From contig NC_043004.1 of assembly GCF_006345805.1 (NCBI RefSeq), positions 62,434,001-62,498,000 of the forward strand: a stretch of 64,000 nucleotides of DNA, written 5' to 3'. This DNA is from Octopus sinensis (lineage: Eukaryota). The translations under genes and the position numbers were made by a program. The notes below the pieces were generated by a model that worked only from the letters and a program-made list of their open reading frames with translations, was not told the origin of the DNA and searched no databases. This document shows, one piece after another, positions 16,601 to 29,459 of the stretch (position 1 is the first letter of the stretch; every line of letters begins with the position of its first letter).

Positions 16601-17069
16601 ATTTCTTTACATACTTACATATATATGTGCGTGTTTGTGTATGTGTCTGTGTTTATATGCGTGTGTGCTTGTGTGCGTGCATTGATGTTTGCGCATTTTT
16701 GTGTTCTATCTAACTAAAATGAATTTCATTTATATTATGCTAATTACATATTACCAGAAAGACATTTGCAAAGTTTTCTCGTAGGAAATATTTAACAGTT
16801 GCAAATTTCTCATGAAAACAATAGAACTGCATTCGACCGGAAAAATATTCTGTAATGCAAACAATAGTGAAATTGTAAGTATAACCATGCGGTAACACAT
16901 TTATATATGTGAGTGCGTGTATCAATGCGTGGATATGTGTGTATATGTGTTACTGAAATGCTTGTGTGTGTATGTTTCCTTTTGTGTGTATACATGTATG
17001 AATTTTTGTCTGTGTATGCGTGTTTGAGCATGGATATGCATGCGTATTATATTAAATATTATACACATA

Positions 17070-17233
17070 GGCGCAGGAGTGGTTGTGTGGTAAGTAGCCT
17101 ACTTACCAACCACATGGTTCTGGGTTCAGTACCACTGCGTGACACCTTGGGCAAGTGTCATCTACTATAGCCTCGGGCCGACCAAGCCTTGTGAGTGGAT
17201 TTGGTAGACGGAAACTGAAAGTAGCCCGTCGTA

Positions 17234-17273
<40 letters not shown>

Positions 17274-17546
17274 GTGTGTGTGTGTGTGTGTGTGTGGTGT
17301 GTGTGTGTGTGTGTGTGTGTGCGTGTATGTTTGTGTGTCTGTGTTTATCTCCCTAGCATTGCTTGACAACCGATGCTGGTGTGTTTATGTCCCCGTCACT
17401 TAGCGGTTCGGCAAAACAGACCGATAGAATAAGTACTGGGCTTACAAAGAATAAGTCTCGGTGTCGAGTTGCTCGATTAAAGGCGGTACTCCAGCATGGC
17501 CGCAGTCAAATGACTGAAACAAGTAAAAGAGTAAAAGAGTAAAAGA
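17070..17546 (+). mobile_element. SINE family A
   Basis: Full-length copy ending in (gtaaaaga)x3. Confidence 0.9.
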
Positions 17547-19179
17547 CACGATGTCCAGTGAACTGTCATAATGACAATTTTATTAGGTGTTCAATATTAT
17601 ATAGTGGGAATATTGTTCAACTAAAAGTGACCGCGTAAGTTCTGTCATTCAAATAATCACCCATGCGTTCGTGTGTATACTTCCAAACACCCTCACACAC
17701 ACACTTATACACACACTGACACACATACATATATATATATACATACACACACACAAAGACACACGCACACATATACGCATATAAATATATATATACTTAC
17801 ACACACATATATACATATACATATATACATTCATATATGAGTATTATTATTACATAAACTATCTTCGCGCATGTTCGAAGCCAGACAACTGAAAGTTTTT
17901 AAAATCAAATAGTAATAGTCACATTCTGAAAGTAAATGTTCTCTAGTTTTTAACTGATTTGACCATCACTTCTTAAATATTAAGAACATTTTTAACTTTG
18001 TCGATGACATTTGATAATTTGCAGCTGAATAAAATCTTCAATGAGATTATTTCGTATTATCTTTCTGAATGTGAAATGCGACCGAGGTATGCGAAGTATT
18101 AGAAACATTTTGTTATGAGATAATCATTGGATCGCGGAAAAAATTATTGCTAAATCTCAGAGACTTCTGTCTAGCTTAGACAACGCCTCATCATTTAACA
18201 CAGAGAAATTTTTGGATACGACTTTTAAAACTATTCAACTTTGAAATTTTTCATTTGGCATTTATTCTACGAGAGTGATAAGACATATCATAAATGTCTT
18301 CGAAAATTTAGGAATGAATTGTTAAAAATAAAATAATGTTATAATTGTATACAAACATACATATATTTACATACGTACATATATTTAGATACACCCCACA
18401 TACTCATCCATATATAGACATGACAGCACCAACACGCTTATATATCCGCATTGCTTTCTGTGAGTGGACAAAGCTTGTATTACTATTTATATTTTCCCTA
18501 TATATTACGTGAAAGCTTTTGAATGGTGGGAAATTAATCTAATTGATTAGGATTTACTTAAGAAATAAGATAAATAACTAAAATTGGGAGACTAGAGGGC
18601 ATAGGGAACTAAAGTTGGGAAATAACCAATAAGCTAACAAACTGAGGAACATTTCAGTCCTTGTGGTTTTCTTGTTTTGCTCGAAACAATTATTGGGTAA
18701 AAGTTAATTTTGATTACTTGTTTCATGCCAACTAAACATGCATGTTCCTTTTTCATTTGTAGAATTAGTATCGGTTTGTTTATTTCAGTGCTCGGTACAT
18801 TTAACAGCTATTTAATTTCTTTATCGGAAATTGAAGAAAGATCTATGTCGCCAGTAAAATTCAAATGACCTAAAAACATTTATATTGAATTGTAAATCAT
18901 TCCAGCAATCTATTAAGTTTTTGCTTCATTGATTATGAGTAAATATTGAAATCGTACCTATTCTTCAAATTTGTATCTAAGAGGGATTTCGAGAAACATA
19001 TATAGACAATATTCATTATATAAGTGTCTACTATGAAATTCACATTGAAAAATAAAATTAACAATAAAATGAAGAATGAGAGAATGATATAAAATATCCA
19101 AGCAAATATATTCTCAATATGATTTACAAACTTTGAAAAAGATGTATGTGGATATTGAAGCCGTGCAATAACTTTTATC

Positions 19180-19463
19180 ATTACTGCTGCTGCTACTAGT
19201 ACCACTACTATTGCTGCTGCCGCTACTACGGCTACTACTACGGCTGCTACTTTGCCCATGTTGCTACTCACCCTACTACTACTACTACTAATTATGATAA
19301 TAATAGTGGTAGTAGCAGTAGCAATAATAACAATAATGATAATAATGATAACAAAAATAATGATTATGGTAATATTAAAAATAACAATAATAAAAATAAC
19401 AATAATAAAATAATAATAATAATAATAATAATAACAACAATAATAATAATAATAATAATAATA

Positions 19464-19515
<52 letters not shown>

Positions 19516-19543
19516 AATAATCATAATAATAATAATAATAATA
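19180..19543. repeat. Compound (CTG/CTA)n-(TAG)n-(AAT)n microsatellite
   Basis: Direct reading. The (AAT)n part abuts the LINE at 19544. Confidence 0.9.
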
Positions 19544-20442
19544 AACTAAAAATAGAACAGCAACCAGCCATGATAAGACGATGGCAAGAAAAGCCCCTTC
19601 ATGGTAAATACTGCACTAAACTAAACGCAAAAGAAATAGACAAAGAAAAATCCCAGCAATGGTTGAGAAGCGCAGGACTCAAAGCAGAGACAGAGGGATT
19701 TTTAATTGCAGCACAAGACCAAAGCCTCCCCACCAGAAATTACCAAATACATGTAATGAAAAGAAATATTACAAGTAACTGCAGAATATGTGGAGATGGA
19801 CAAGAAACAATAAATCATATTATCTCTAGCTGCCCAGTCCTGGCTAAGAAGGAATATATTCACAGACATGACAGAGTTGGAACCTACATACATTGGAAGC
19901 TATGCCAACATTATGGAATAACAACAGAAAAAAGATGGTATAGGCACACACCAGAAAAGGTCACAGAAAACGAGAAAGCAACCATACTCTGGGATATGCC
20001 GATACACACAGATAGAGAAATTAAGGCCAACAGACCAGATATAGTTGTCAGAGATCATGAAGAAAAAAATGCTTTCTAATTGATGTATCAATACCGGCAG
20101 ATGACAACGTGTCTCTAAAAGAAATGGAGAAACTCTCAAAATACAAAGACCTGGAAATAGAGGTAACTAGAATGTGGAACCTGAAAACAGAAACAATTCC
20201 TATCATAGTAGGTGCATTAGGCATGATAAAAAAATATTCAGACAAATACATAACAAAAACACCAGGACTTACAAACACATATAACATACAGAAAATTGCA
20301 CTACTAGGCACTGCACACATCCTACGCAGAACACTTTCCATACAATAACCATCAGAGCATCACAACAAATCACAGCACATACCCAAGGCACACAGAGCTG
20401 CGCTCGGTAGTGAAATGGAAGCACGCTATAAAAATAAAACTA

Positions 20443-20445
<3 letters not shown>
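19544..20445 (+). mobile_element. 5'-truncated R4/Dong-like LINE (CCHC knuckle plus PD-(D/E)xK endonuclease) inserted in (AAT)n
   Basis: ORFs 19570-20079 (KPLHG, AAQDQ, CRIC..ETINHIISSC, RHD, NRPDIV) and 20109-20348 (KLSKYKDL, PIIVGALG) are separated by a frameshift in an A-run. (AAT)n lies on both sides. Confidence 0.92.
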
Positions 20446-20477
<32 letters not shown>

Positions 20478-20614
20478 ATGAAACCATTGATCATGTTGCC
20501 TCCATGTGCATTCTTCTTGCGCCTGAGTATCTTAACAGGCATAATAGAGCAGCCCAATATATTCACTGGGTAATTTCCAAAAAAACCAGGACCTTCGCCA
20601 TGATTCCTCTTGAA

Positions 20615-20770
20615 CACCACCGTTCAATCTGACAAAAAGATGGTTACGAATAGGCCAAACAAAATCATGCCCCATCATTGATATAACTGTCCCAATCGAT
20701 ATAAATATGTGTCAAGGCCTACCAAAAAGTGAGCAAATGTAAATATCTTGAAATAGAAATTTACTAAATG
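20615..20770 (+). mobile_element. Small decayed endonuclease fragment of an R4/Dong-like LINE
   Basis: NRP...IDITVPIDIN...KYLEIEITKC, similar to the 14420 fragment. Confidence 0.55.
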
Positions 20771-20987
20771 TTTTGAGAACTTGCTAGCCGATTGAAATCA
20801 TGTGGCTGCCTTAAGTTACGTGCAGTAGGCAGCGACCAACATACAGTGAATCTCGAATAAGAATTCTACTGGAAATAAAACAAATCCTAAGTCAAGATGA
20901 TGATGATGATGACGATGAGATGTCTCCATATATATATTACTTATAGTATACGAAGGGGTACCAAAATAAAACTGGTATGTAGCAATA

Positions 20988-21370
20988 GGAGCACTCCGTC
21001 GGTTGCGACGATGAGGGTCCCAGCTGATACGATCAACGGAACAGCTTGCCCGTGAAATTAACGTGCAAGTGGCTGAGCACTCCACAGACACGTGTACCCT
21101 TAACGTAGTTCTCGAGGAGATTCAGCGTGACACAGATTGTGACAAGGCTGGCCCTTTGAAATACAGGTACAAGAGAAACAGGAAGAAAGAGTGACAGAAA
21201 GTTGTGGTGAAAGAGTACAGCAGGGTTCACCATCATCCCCTGCCGGAGCCTCGTAGAGCTTTAGGTGTTTTCGCTCAATAAACACTCACAATGCCCGGTC
21301 TTGGAATCGAAACCGCGATCCTCCGACCGTGAGTCCGCTGCCCTAACCACTGGGCCATTGCACCTCCACA
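20988..21370 (-). mobile_element. SINE family B with a 14-bp TSD
   Basis: Head gtggaggtgcaatggcccagtggttagggcagcggac...ggtttcgattcc. TSD ggtatgtagcaata at 20974-20987 and 21371-21384. Confidence 0.92.
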
Positions 21371-21787
21371 GGTATGTAGCAATATTATTTTATTAACTTA
21401 GTTTTACATGATCGCACTTTATCCCCCACAATATTCTCCATGCATCGGTCCAGGCTCGTTTGCCACTATTCGAAGGAGTGCTGAAAGTCTTGCAACGTAA
21501 TGCGCATCAATACCCGTCTTTCTTTTCTTCATCAATGAAACTTTTCCTGGTTCAATGACAATTTCCTTGCACCAGCTTTCGTCACTAGTAATGACCTCCA
21601 AAGAAAAGTTCCGGATCAACTTCCATCTGTACTTTCAGTTCACGACACTCACTTTGTCGTGAGTGCTGTTGATCGTTCATTGGCAAAATTCGTTGGCATG
21701 AACTCCAGAATACACCATTAATATCAAAAACCTTGTCAACTATTCGATGGCCATCTTCCAAGATCAGTTTATGGATATTCATGATGT

Positions 21788-21887
21788 TTATGAGTAAATT
21801 TTGAAATCGTACCTATTCTTCAAATTTGTATCTAAGAGGGATTTCGAGAAACATATATAGACAATATTCATTATATAAGTGTTTACT
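21788..21887 (+). repeat. 100-bp duplication of 18933-19032
   Basis: Direct comparison shows 2 mismatches. Confidence 0.92.
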
Positions 21888-22334
21888 TATATAATGGGAG
21901 GTAGACGGTTGTCATTAAAAAGATTGGTTTTCAAGTGACCAGTGACCATTTCTAAGCTGTAGATACCACTAATAAATTTGTGTTTTGCTCATAGCAGCGC
22001 CTTTGTAAACTATCTCAAGCTTGAGAACTGTTTCGGCCATTATGTTTCCCAGAAAAATACAGAAATTCACGCAAGCAGACTGTTCCTTCGGTTCAGCCAT
22101 CATAGAAATCGACAAAAAGGGGATAAACACTGGACAACAAAGTGGCATCACGTTATGGCATGATTCCACAAAACAAAATCGCACCATGTGACTGTACGAT
22201 CCCGGAAAAAAACGCCGCTTGGCAGACTGATGTTCTGCGTCGTATTAAGTGGCTTCTGGCTTGTCCCACACAAAATGTTTCCGGTTACTTTTGGGTAACC
22301 CCTCGCATACAGTGAAAGTCAGAGAGGGAGAAAC

Positions 22335-22373
<39 letters not shown>

Positions 22374-23359
22374 ATTATAGGCTATAGAAAATCAAAGGAA
22401 ATATATAGACGCTACACAAAATAATTGAACGCAAATTGGAACGACGTTCAACAATTACATTTTTGTTTCATACCCAGTCTAACATATTGGCATAGAATGT
22501 TAGTTATATCTTAATAAGTATCAAGTACTCGTGAAAATCGATGGATGTAATTTGTCTCATTTGATTAATTCTTAATATTTTTGCTGTAATTTCTGTTTAG
22601 TTTTCTTTTCGTGTTTCTTCTTGTCTCATACATTTTATTTTATTATTTAGTAATTTAATCGCAAAACTTGTTTCTGTCTCCTCATAATCATGTTTTACAG
22701 CTATTCTACACTTTCGTAATTTATATCAAGGAGCTTTCTTTGATAATTTTCTCCTTCATTCTTTAAGGTTACATCCAAGAGTTTCTTTGTAGCTGAGAAT
22801 TAGTTCATGGTTGACTGCAATTTCCGTGTTTTCTCGTCTGGTCGTAACATCTCTCTTACAGTATTCAAACTATATACTTAAACTTGTAGGGGATTAAACA
22901 GTAAGACATACTCATTACTTGTGTTCCCCAACATAGCATGTAAACAGAAATACCAAAACCAACTAGATTGATATTTATTTATGTCCCCATTTCCTCACAA
23001 TTATTATTATTTTTACACAGTGACTCCCCCGCGTATTTCATTCTTCCCTCTTTCTTTTTCTCTCTTTCTTTCTAAACAAATATCTTTAATTCTGTAAGTC
23101 CATTAGTACTTGTAACCTCGACGTGAACGATTAGTTAGCTTTCTTTCTTTGCAGTAATTCATGAATATTCAGTCGTTTTGTATAAGCACTTAAGATATGT
23201 ACTGAAGAAATCATAGAAGTATAATTTAGCATGGTTAAATTGATACTGCATGGTGAAAATTTTGAAACATAGGGAAAAATGAATCAATCTTTTCCTATTA
23301 CACCTGAATGTATGATTTATTTAGTCATCTCTAAATATATATATATGTATATAAGTATA

Positions 23360-23655
23360 TCACCGTGACCAACCAGGTTATAAGATGTTGCTAAATATCG
23401 CTGGTCACAATGCGCTTTGCATTGTTTTAGCCTTCAAGTGACGCCACCCCGCTGGCTAAGCGAGCAGGTCAACATAACAAAGTGTGAGAGAAAAGTGTGG
23501 CGAAAGAGTACAGCAGGGATCGCCACCACCGGAGCATCATGGAGCTTTAGGTGTTTTCGCTCAATAAACGCCCACAACACCCGGTCTGGGAAGCGAAACC
23601 ACGATCCTACAACCGTGAGTCCGCTTCCCTAACCACTGGGCCATTGCGCCTCCAC
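23360..23655 (-). mobile_element. SINE with the family B head and an alternative 3' tail
   Basis: Shares the head through ctgctgtactcttt..ctctcac, then diverges to gcgcattgtgaccagcga...cctggttggtcacggtga. Confidence 0.85.
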
Positions 23656-23670
23656 TATATGTATATATAT

Positions 23671-23713
<43 letters not shown>

Positions 23714-23735
23714 ATATATATAATATATATATATT

Positions 23736-23768
<33 letters not shown>

Positions 23769-23849
23769 AGATATAATATATTTTTATATATATATATATA
23801 ATATATTTATATATATAATATATATATTATATATATATTATATATATAT

Positions 23850-23899
<50 letters not shown>

Positions 23900-24022
23900 A
23901 ATCAGGAACGGCCATAATAGGCCATTCACCCACTAGAAATAACAGCCAAAAAGCTTCAACCGCAAACAAAATAACATTAATTCTGTAAACCAGGAGAAAA
24001 TTAAAAAAACATTTACCCTGAA

Positions 24023-24129
24023 ATTCCTTATACGATGCACCGTTTCGTCTACTGTTTATGGGTAAACTAACCAGATTAAATTAAATCAAGCCAATCTACC
24101 ATAGGCCCTTAGATTCATCAGTAAGGAAT
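24023..24129 (-). ncRNA. Type I hammerhead ribozyme motif (GUA site)
   Basis: attcctta-CTGATGA-atcta..tagac-GAAAC-ggtgcatc-GTA-taaggaat. Perfect 8-bp helix I, near-palindromic helix III, A10.1-C11.1 mismatch. Confidence 0.85.
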
Positions 24130-24511
24130 AGCCAAATCGGAACAGATATTTTTCACGAGGCATTCACGTCCATGCCTCGCCAATATCTGACCTAAAATTT
24201 TCAAATCGTCGCACTCGCGCCAAATTTATCGGCAGCAAATAATATAAGCCGCCGATTCCATTACGGAACTAACCAGAAAATTCATAATTAATCAATATAG
24301 GGAGGCAAAAAAATTTTGTAGAATTCTTTTGCCCCCAGCGGCCTAGTGGGAAAAAATAAATATCATAAACCATTTTTAAGTTCAATATCACAATCAAGGA
24401 ACGGCCATAATAGGCCATTCACCCACTAGAAATAACAGCCAAAAAGCTTCAACCGCAAAATAACATTAATTCTGTAAACCAGGAGAAAATTAAAAAAACA
24501 TTTACCCTGAA

Positions 24512-24616
24512 ATTCCTTATATGATGCACCGTTTCGTCTACTGTTTAATGGTAAACTAACCAGATTAAATTAAATCAAGCCAATTACCATAGGCCTTAGA
24601 TTCATCAGTAAGGAAT
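24512..24616 (-). ncRNA. Second copy of the type I HHR (AUA site variant)
   Basis: Same as 24023-24129 except GTA>ATA and small indels in the helix II extension. Confidence 0.75.
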
Positions 24617-24672
24617 AGCCAAATCGGAACAGATATTTTTCACGAGGCATTCACGTCCATATATATATATAT

Positions 24673-24880
24673 GCCATGTTGAATCGCTAGCTTCTGCACG
24701 CATTTTTTTGTCTTTGTTTCTCTCCGTGTTTCTTTTCTGTGTATCTCTCTGTTGAAGAGCGTAGGCTCGAAACGTAAAAGACTTGTTTTATTTATATTCC
24801 TGAGCACCATACTAATATAATTGTTTGTTTGTACTCCATCTGCCTTCGTCTTTTGTTTATGTTCATAAAGCTTCCCGTTA
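24673..24880 (+). mobile_element. Short (TA)n-embedded element with a degenerate minimal HHR
   Basis: 24744-24781 reads tctct-CTGTTGA-a-gagc-gtag-gctc-GAAAC-GTA-aaaga (A6U). The downstream cctgagc..aatataattgtttg block resembles 54450-54660. Confidence 0.6.
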
Positions 24881-25069
24881 TATATATATCTATATATGAA
24901 TATAATCAAAAAGGGTAATAATATAGATTACTACCAATGTCCCAGCACAAAGGACGAATTAGTCATTAGACAAAATATTATTCATATACAAAAATATTAT
25001 TCATGTAGAAATATAATTAAGGGCTCCTAAATAAGGATGCCAAGTGCTAAGGACACAAAAAAGGGATAC

Positions 25070-25110
<41 letters not shown>

Positions 25111-25827
25111 GTGATGGTGCTCCAGCATAACCGCAACCGCATGGATTTAACGAGTAAAGGCGTGAAAGATTCAGCTTATAGCCACTCGAAACAACGTTGT
25201 CCTTGCCTTGGACGAAGAAGCGTGAATATATTCACATATGTATTTAATCCAGCATCTGTTACTAATACTTATTCTTCTCACAGCCTCCTGTCTTCACGCG
25301 AACACCTATTTCTTATTACTAAAGCTTGATAAACTTATGGAGCCGGTCACGGAGAAAGGGCCTTGTGTCTTGGCGTTTTGATGTTTTAAATAATGTTATG
25401 TGTATAGTTGGGGAATACTTATTTTCTATTACTCGCGTATAAAAATATTTACATATGGTATTAGAACAGAAGTGCAAAAGCAAATATATTTATATAAATA
25501 CATCGCTTTTGTGCGTATTAAGTGTAAATATGTTTAACTATGCAACTTGTAATGGATTCATTAGACGTGTTTTCATAAACTCTGTTTCATACATAAACTA
25601 CATTTATTCGATGAATCCGCCATTCTACTGATTAATTCTTTGAATTGTATTTGTACGATCTACTGGATTTTTATAATTTAATATAAATAAATTTTATTGG
25701 AGCCACCAATTTCATTTTACTATTCGGAATCATACATTTGCTCACCAAACGTTCCAGCGCGTTTCAAAATGAATATAATTAGGTTAGGATAGGGCAATTG
25801 TAAGTGAAATATATTGAATAAAAGCCT

Positions 25828-25867
<40 letters not shown>

Positions 25868-26586
25868 TTATATATATACATATATTCACACACATAAAGG
25901 TAGTGCTACCACAACGCTTGCTGTGAAAACAAAAACAAATTAAGAAATAACGAATACATAATTTGCCATATAAAATTTATAAATAGATGAATACTTCATT
26001 CGTATGTATGTGTGTACGAGTGTGCCTGAGAGGGGGAGCAGAAGAGAGTGTGAGAGAGAGGAAGAGGAAGAGGTAAAAAGAGGAAAAATGAAAGAAGGCA
26101 AGCGGTTGTCAATCAATGTGTGTAAACGCGTTGCCTGTCTGTGTTATTGTCCTGTGCTTATGTGTTTTCCGTTATAGTTTCTATATTCTTTCATATATCT
26201 GACATCGCCAGATAGGAGGCGCGGTATTTTCCAAAAAATTAATAAATAGTATTCCCGTTAAATAGAGAGCAAAGAAAACATATAAAGGATACCTACAACA
26301 AAAAATAAACTCACTGCGTCACTGTGGCATGACCGCAATCCAGGAACTTACGACTGAGCAAAGAATGACAGAAAACTTGGCCTGCTTTTACTACTTTACA
26401 CAGCCATAATAAAATAAGAAAAGTTATGATGCTCCATTTAAGAATCAATGAAATAACTTTTAATGATTTGAAGAATTTAAATGAAGATTTTAACTTCTTT
26501 GAAATATTTGTCGTTTTATTTCAAATCGCTCCACTGATACAATTAATAGTAAGCATATTGATTCTTCAATTTCTTACTACTCGTCA

Positions 26587-26972
26587 AGTGGAGGCGCAAT
26601 GGTCGAGTGGTTAGGGCAGCGGACTCGCGGTCATAGGATCGCGGTTTCGATTCCCAGACCGGGCGTTGTGAGTGTTTATTGAGCGAAAACACCTAAAAGC
26701 TCCACGAGGCTCCGGCAGGGGATGGTGGTGATCCCTGCTGTACTCTTTCACCACAACTTTCACTCACTCTTACTTCCTGTTTCTGTTGTACCTGTATTTC
26801 AAGGGGCCGGCCTTGTCACTCTCTGTGTCACGCTGAATATCCCCGAGAACTACGTTAAGGGTGCACGTGTCGGTGGAGTGCTCAGCCACTTACACGTTAA
26901 TTTCACGAGCAGGCTGTTCCGTTGATTCGGATCAACCGGAACCCTCATCGTCGTAACCGACGGAGTGCTTCC
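26587..26972 (+). mobile_element. SINE family B with TSD
   Basis: Full-length copy. TSD actactc(g/a)tca at 26576-26586 and 26973-26983. Confidence 0.92.
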
Positions 26973-27172
26973 ACTACTCATCAGTGAATGAGAGTCGTTT
27001 TCTTGAGAAGCCAATGAAACATTTATTTCCTATATAAACTTATTGTCTTACTACACTATTTCAACTGTCGTGATTTGTATTTTTGCCATAACTCCACTTA
27101 TGTTTATAAATGTGTTTGCAAGAACTCAAGAAATCATTAAATATTACTCCATATTTCCGTGGATGTATTTAA

Positions 27173-27579
27173 CTCTCTTTTTACTCTCTTTTACTTGTTT
27201 CAGTCATTTTGACTGCGGCCATGCTGGAGCACCGCCTTTAGTCGAGCAAATCGACCCCGGGACTTATTCTTTGTAAGCCCAGTACTTATTCTATCGGTCT
27301 CTTTTGCCGAACCGCTAAGTGACGCGGACGTAAACACACCAGCATCGGTTGTCAAGCAATGCTAGGGGGACAAACACAGACACACAGACACACACATACA
27401 TATAAATATATATATATACATATATACGACAGGCTTCTTTCAGTTTCCGTCTACCAAATCCACTCACATGGTCGGCCCGGGGCTATAGCAGAAGACACTT
27501 GCCTAAGATGCTACGCAGTGGGACTGAACCCGGAACCATGTGGTTGGTTAGCAAGCTACTTACCACACAGCCACACCTG
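27173..27579 (-). mobile_element. SINE family A
   Basis: Reverse complement of the 6061-type element. Confidence 0.9.
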
Positions 27580-27789
27580 TATAATTTGCACAATTTAAGA
27601 CAAAACAAAAACAAAATTCCGAGTCAGTCACCTTATAACATGATTTTCTTTTTGCACTTCTTTCTCTCTCTCTCTCCTTCACCCTCTCTCTGTCCTTCAC
27701 CCCCTCTCTCTCTCTCCCTTTCTCCCTGTTTTATCATCTAATACGCCTACGGTTATTAGTGATTAAGAATATCTGTGGAAATCGCAGCA

Positions 27790-27946
27790 GTTGTATCGAC
27801 CCCCAGTGCTCGACCTGTAATTATTTTATTGGCCCTGAAAGGTGAATTTGACCTCGCTGGCATTTGAAATGACAGCGTAAATAGAGCAGACATGCCGCGA
27901 AGCATTTTTCTCTGTTTGTTAACAATTCGAACTGCACGCTGCGCTA
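27790..27946 (-). mobile_element. SINE family C, partial
   Basis: atcgacccccagtgctcgac..ttattttatt..gacctcgctggcatttgaa..agcatttt. Confidence 0.65.
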
Positions 27947-27970
27947 AACAAAGCTATACATACGTACTTA

Positions 27971-28177
27971 TTTCAAATTTTGTTACAATGCAAGCGATTT
28001 TAAATGAGTGGTAAATCGTTTACATCGACTCCAATTTTCAACTGGTATAAATTTCCATCGAAGGGATGGACGACAAGGCAGAACCCGGTGGAATTTGAAA
28101 TCAGAATGTAAAGGCGGATGAAATGCCGCTAAGCATTTTCCTCGGTGCGCTAACGATTCTGACAACTTTCCACTCTA
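27971..28177 (-). mobile_element. SINE family C
   Basis: tttcaaattttg..tacatcgactcc..ggaatttgaaatcagaatgtaaag..gaaatgccgctaagcattttc..gctaacgattctg. Confidence 0.75.
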
Positions 28178-28694
28178 AATAAAAATGAAAAAAAATAGAG
28201 GAATAAGTACTAATACTGATACGCAAATTCTCGTATAATTATTCAGTGAGTATTTGAACGCTGATGACACGTTAATAAATACACATTGATGCATAAAACA
28301 TCAAGGAATAATTCATTTATGCTGTCATTCGTCGCTATCTATATGCACGGTTTCTGCCTTGTAAGATACTTTGAAAGTGGCTTTTACGCACGAATAATTT
28401 ACGACTTCGATCCCAGCTGTTTCAATGAATTTCACTTAATTTATTGTTCACTCAAGTTTTAAATAGCAAAATAGATATGTCTGGTGAAAGTCTCACTCGC
28501 TTTAATTTATTATGAAATATATTTCCTCTTGATGCATGTGAAATTGTGAGATTTACCGATTTCAGTCTGAATAGCTATTTGGGAATTTAAAATAATCTAT
28601 GAAAAGTAATATCAATAATGTAACACTAGATACACTTTAGCAAGTTTTACTAAATAATTCCCCTCTTTTTTAAGATCATTTTAAATGAGCACAG

Positions 28695-28840
28695 ACGTGA
28701 TTAAGTAGCATGCTTCGCTAGCATAAGCTTTTGGCTACACTCCTACTTCCTGACACAAGTGATCAGCGATTTTTACAGTAATCTCAGGAACCAAAGTCTT
28801 GTGAGGTGTATCGATAGATGGCTGAAACAACTAAAATAAA
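28695..28840 (+). mobile_element. SINE family A relic, internally deleted
   Basis: taagtagcatgctt..ccaaagtcttgtgag..gatagatgg..ctgaaacaactaaaa. Confidence 0.45.
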
Positions 28841-29342
28841 AATGTCAAAGATATATATTACTTACATAATCTTAAAGTTCTTTCTCCTTTTTTTACCCAT
28901 TCGCCTGCGGTATGTTATTGTAGTAGTACTAGATTATGACGACAACAAAAAAGACGAATGACTTAATCACGCTCGCATATACATATAGAAATACACACAT
29001 GCACATACACACACGCACACACACGTGCACGCACGCACGCACACACGCACGCACACACACACACAAGTTACGAAATACTTCGTATTCTAGACCACATTAA
29101 TGAAAGGAAATTAAACCTGTTACTGATGGTAGGAGAAACTATGGAATTCAGTAATATCCTTCAATTGAACGCGATTTTCGTTTTATTCTCTACCAGTGTG
29201 TTCAACGACTGGTTAAATAAGCAATTAAGGATGCCCCCCTCTATCTAGTATTGGTAGTATGCAGATAAAAGTGCGAAACTAAATGAACTCAATCACATAT
29301 CAATTTTTATGTTGCACATATACATATTTGTTTGTATGCAAC

Positions 29343-29378
<36 letters not shown>

Positions 29379-29459
29379 CATAATATATATCTATATGCAT
29401 ATATACATACATATATGTACATACTTACATATATATATGTATATACATATGCCTATATA

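Larger units (their letters stand above)
20951..22305 (-). mobile_element. Mariner transposon remnant interrupted by a SINE and a templated insertion
   Basis: TIRs cgaaggggtaccaaaataaaactgg and ccggttacttttgggtaacccctcg. Minus-strand peptides MAEPKEQSACVNFCIFLG..AETV..AAMSKTQIY and EVITSDESWC (ITGDESW-like). Confidence 0.85.
23897..24660 (-). mobile_element. Partial tandem (about 1.55 units of ~490 bp) of an HHR-bearing non-coding element (retrozyme or Penelope pLTR-like) in (TA)n
   Basis: 23897-24171 is repeated at 24389-24660. One HHR per unit, several hairpins, (TA)n on both sides. Confidence 0.8.

Noticed and set aside
23897-24660. CRISPR array or simple satellite
   Set aside because: No short repeat/unique spacer pattern and no cas genes. 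The context is eukaryotic and there are only ~1.5 long units.
26587-26665. tRNA gene
   Set aside because: A and B boxes are present but there is no proper acceptor stem. It continues into a SINE body with TSDs.
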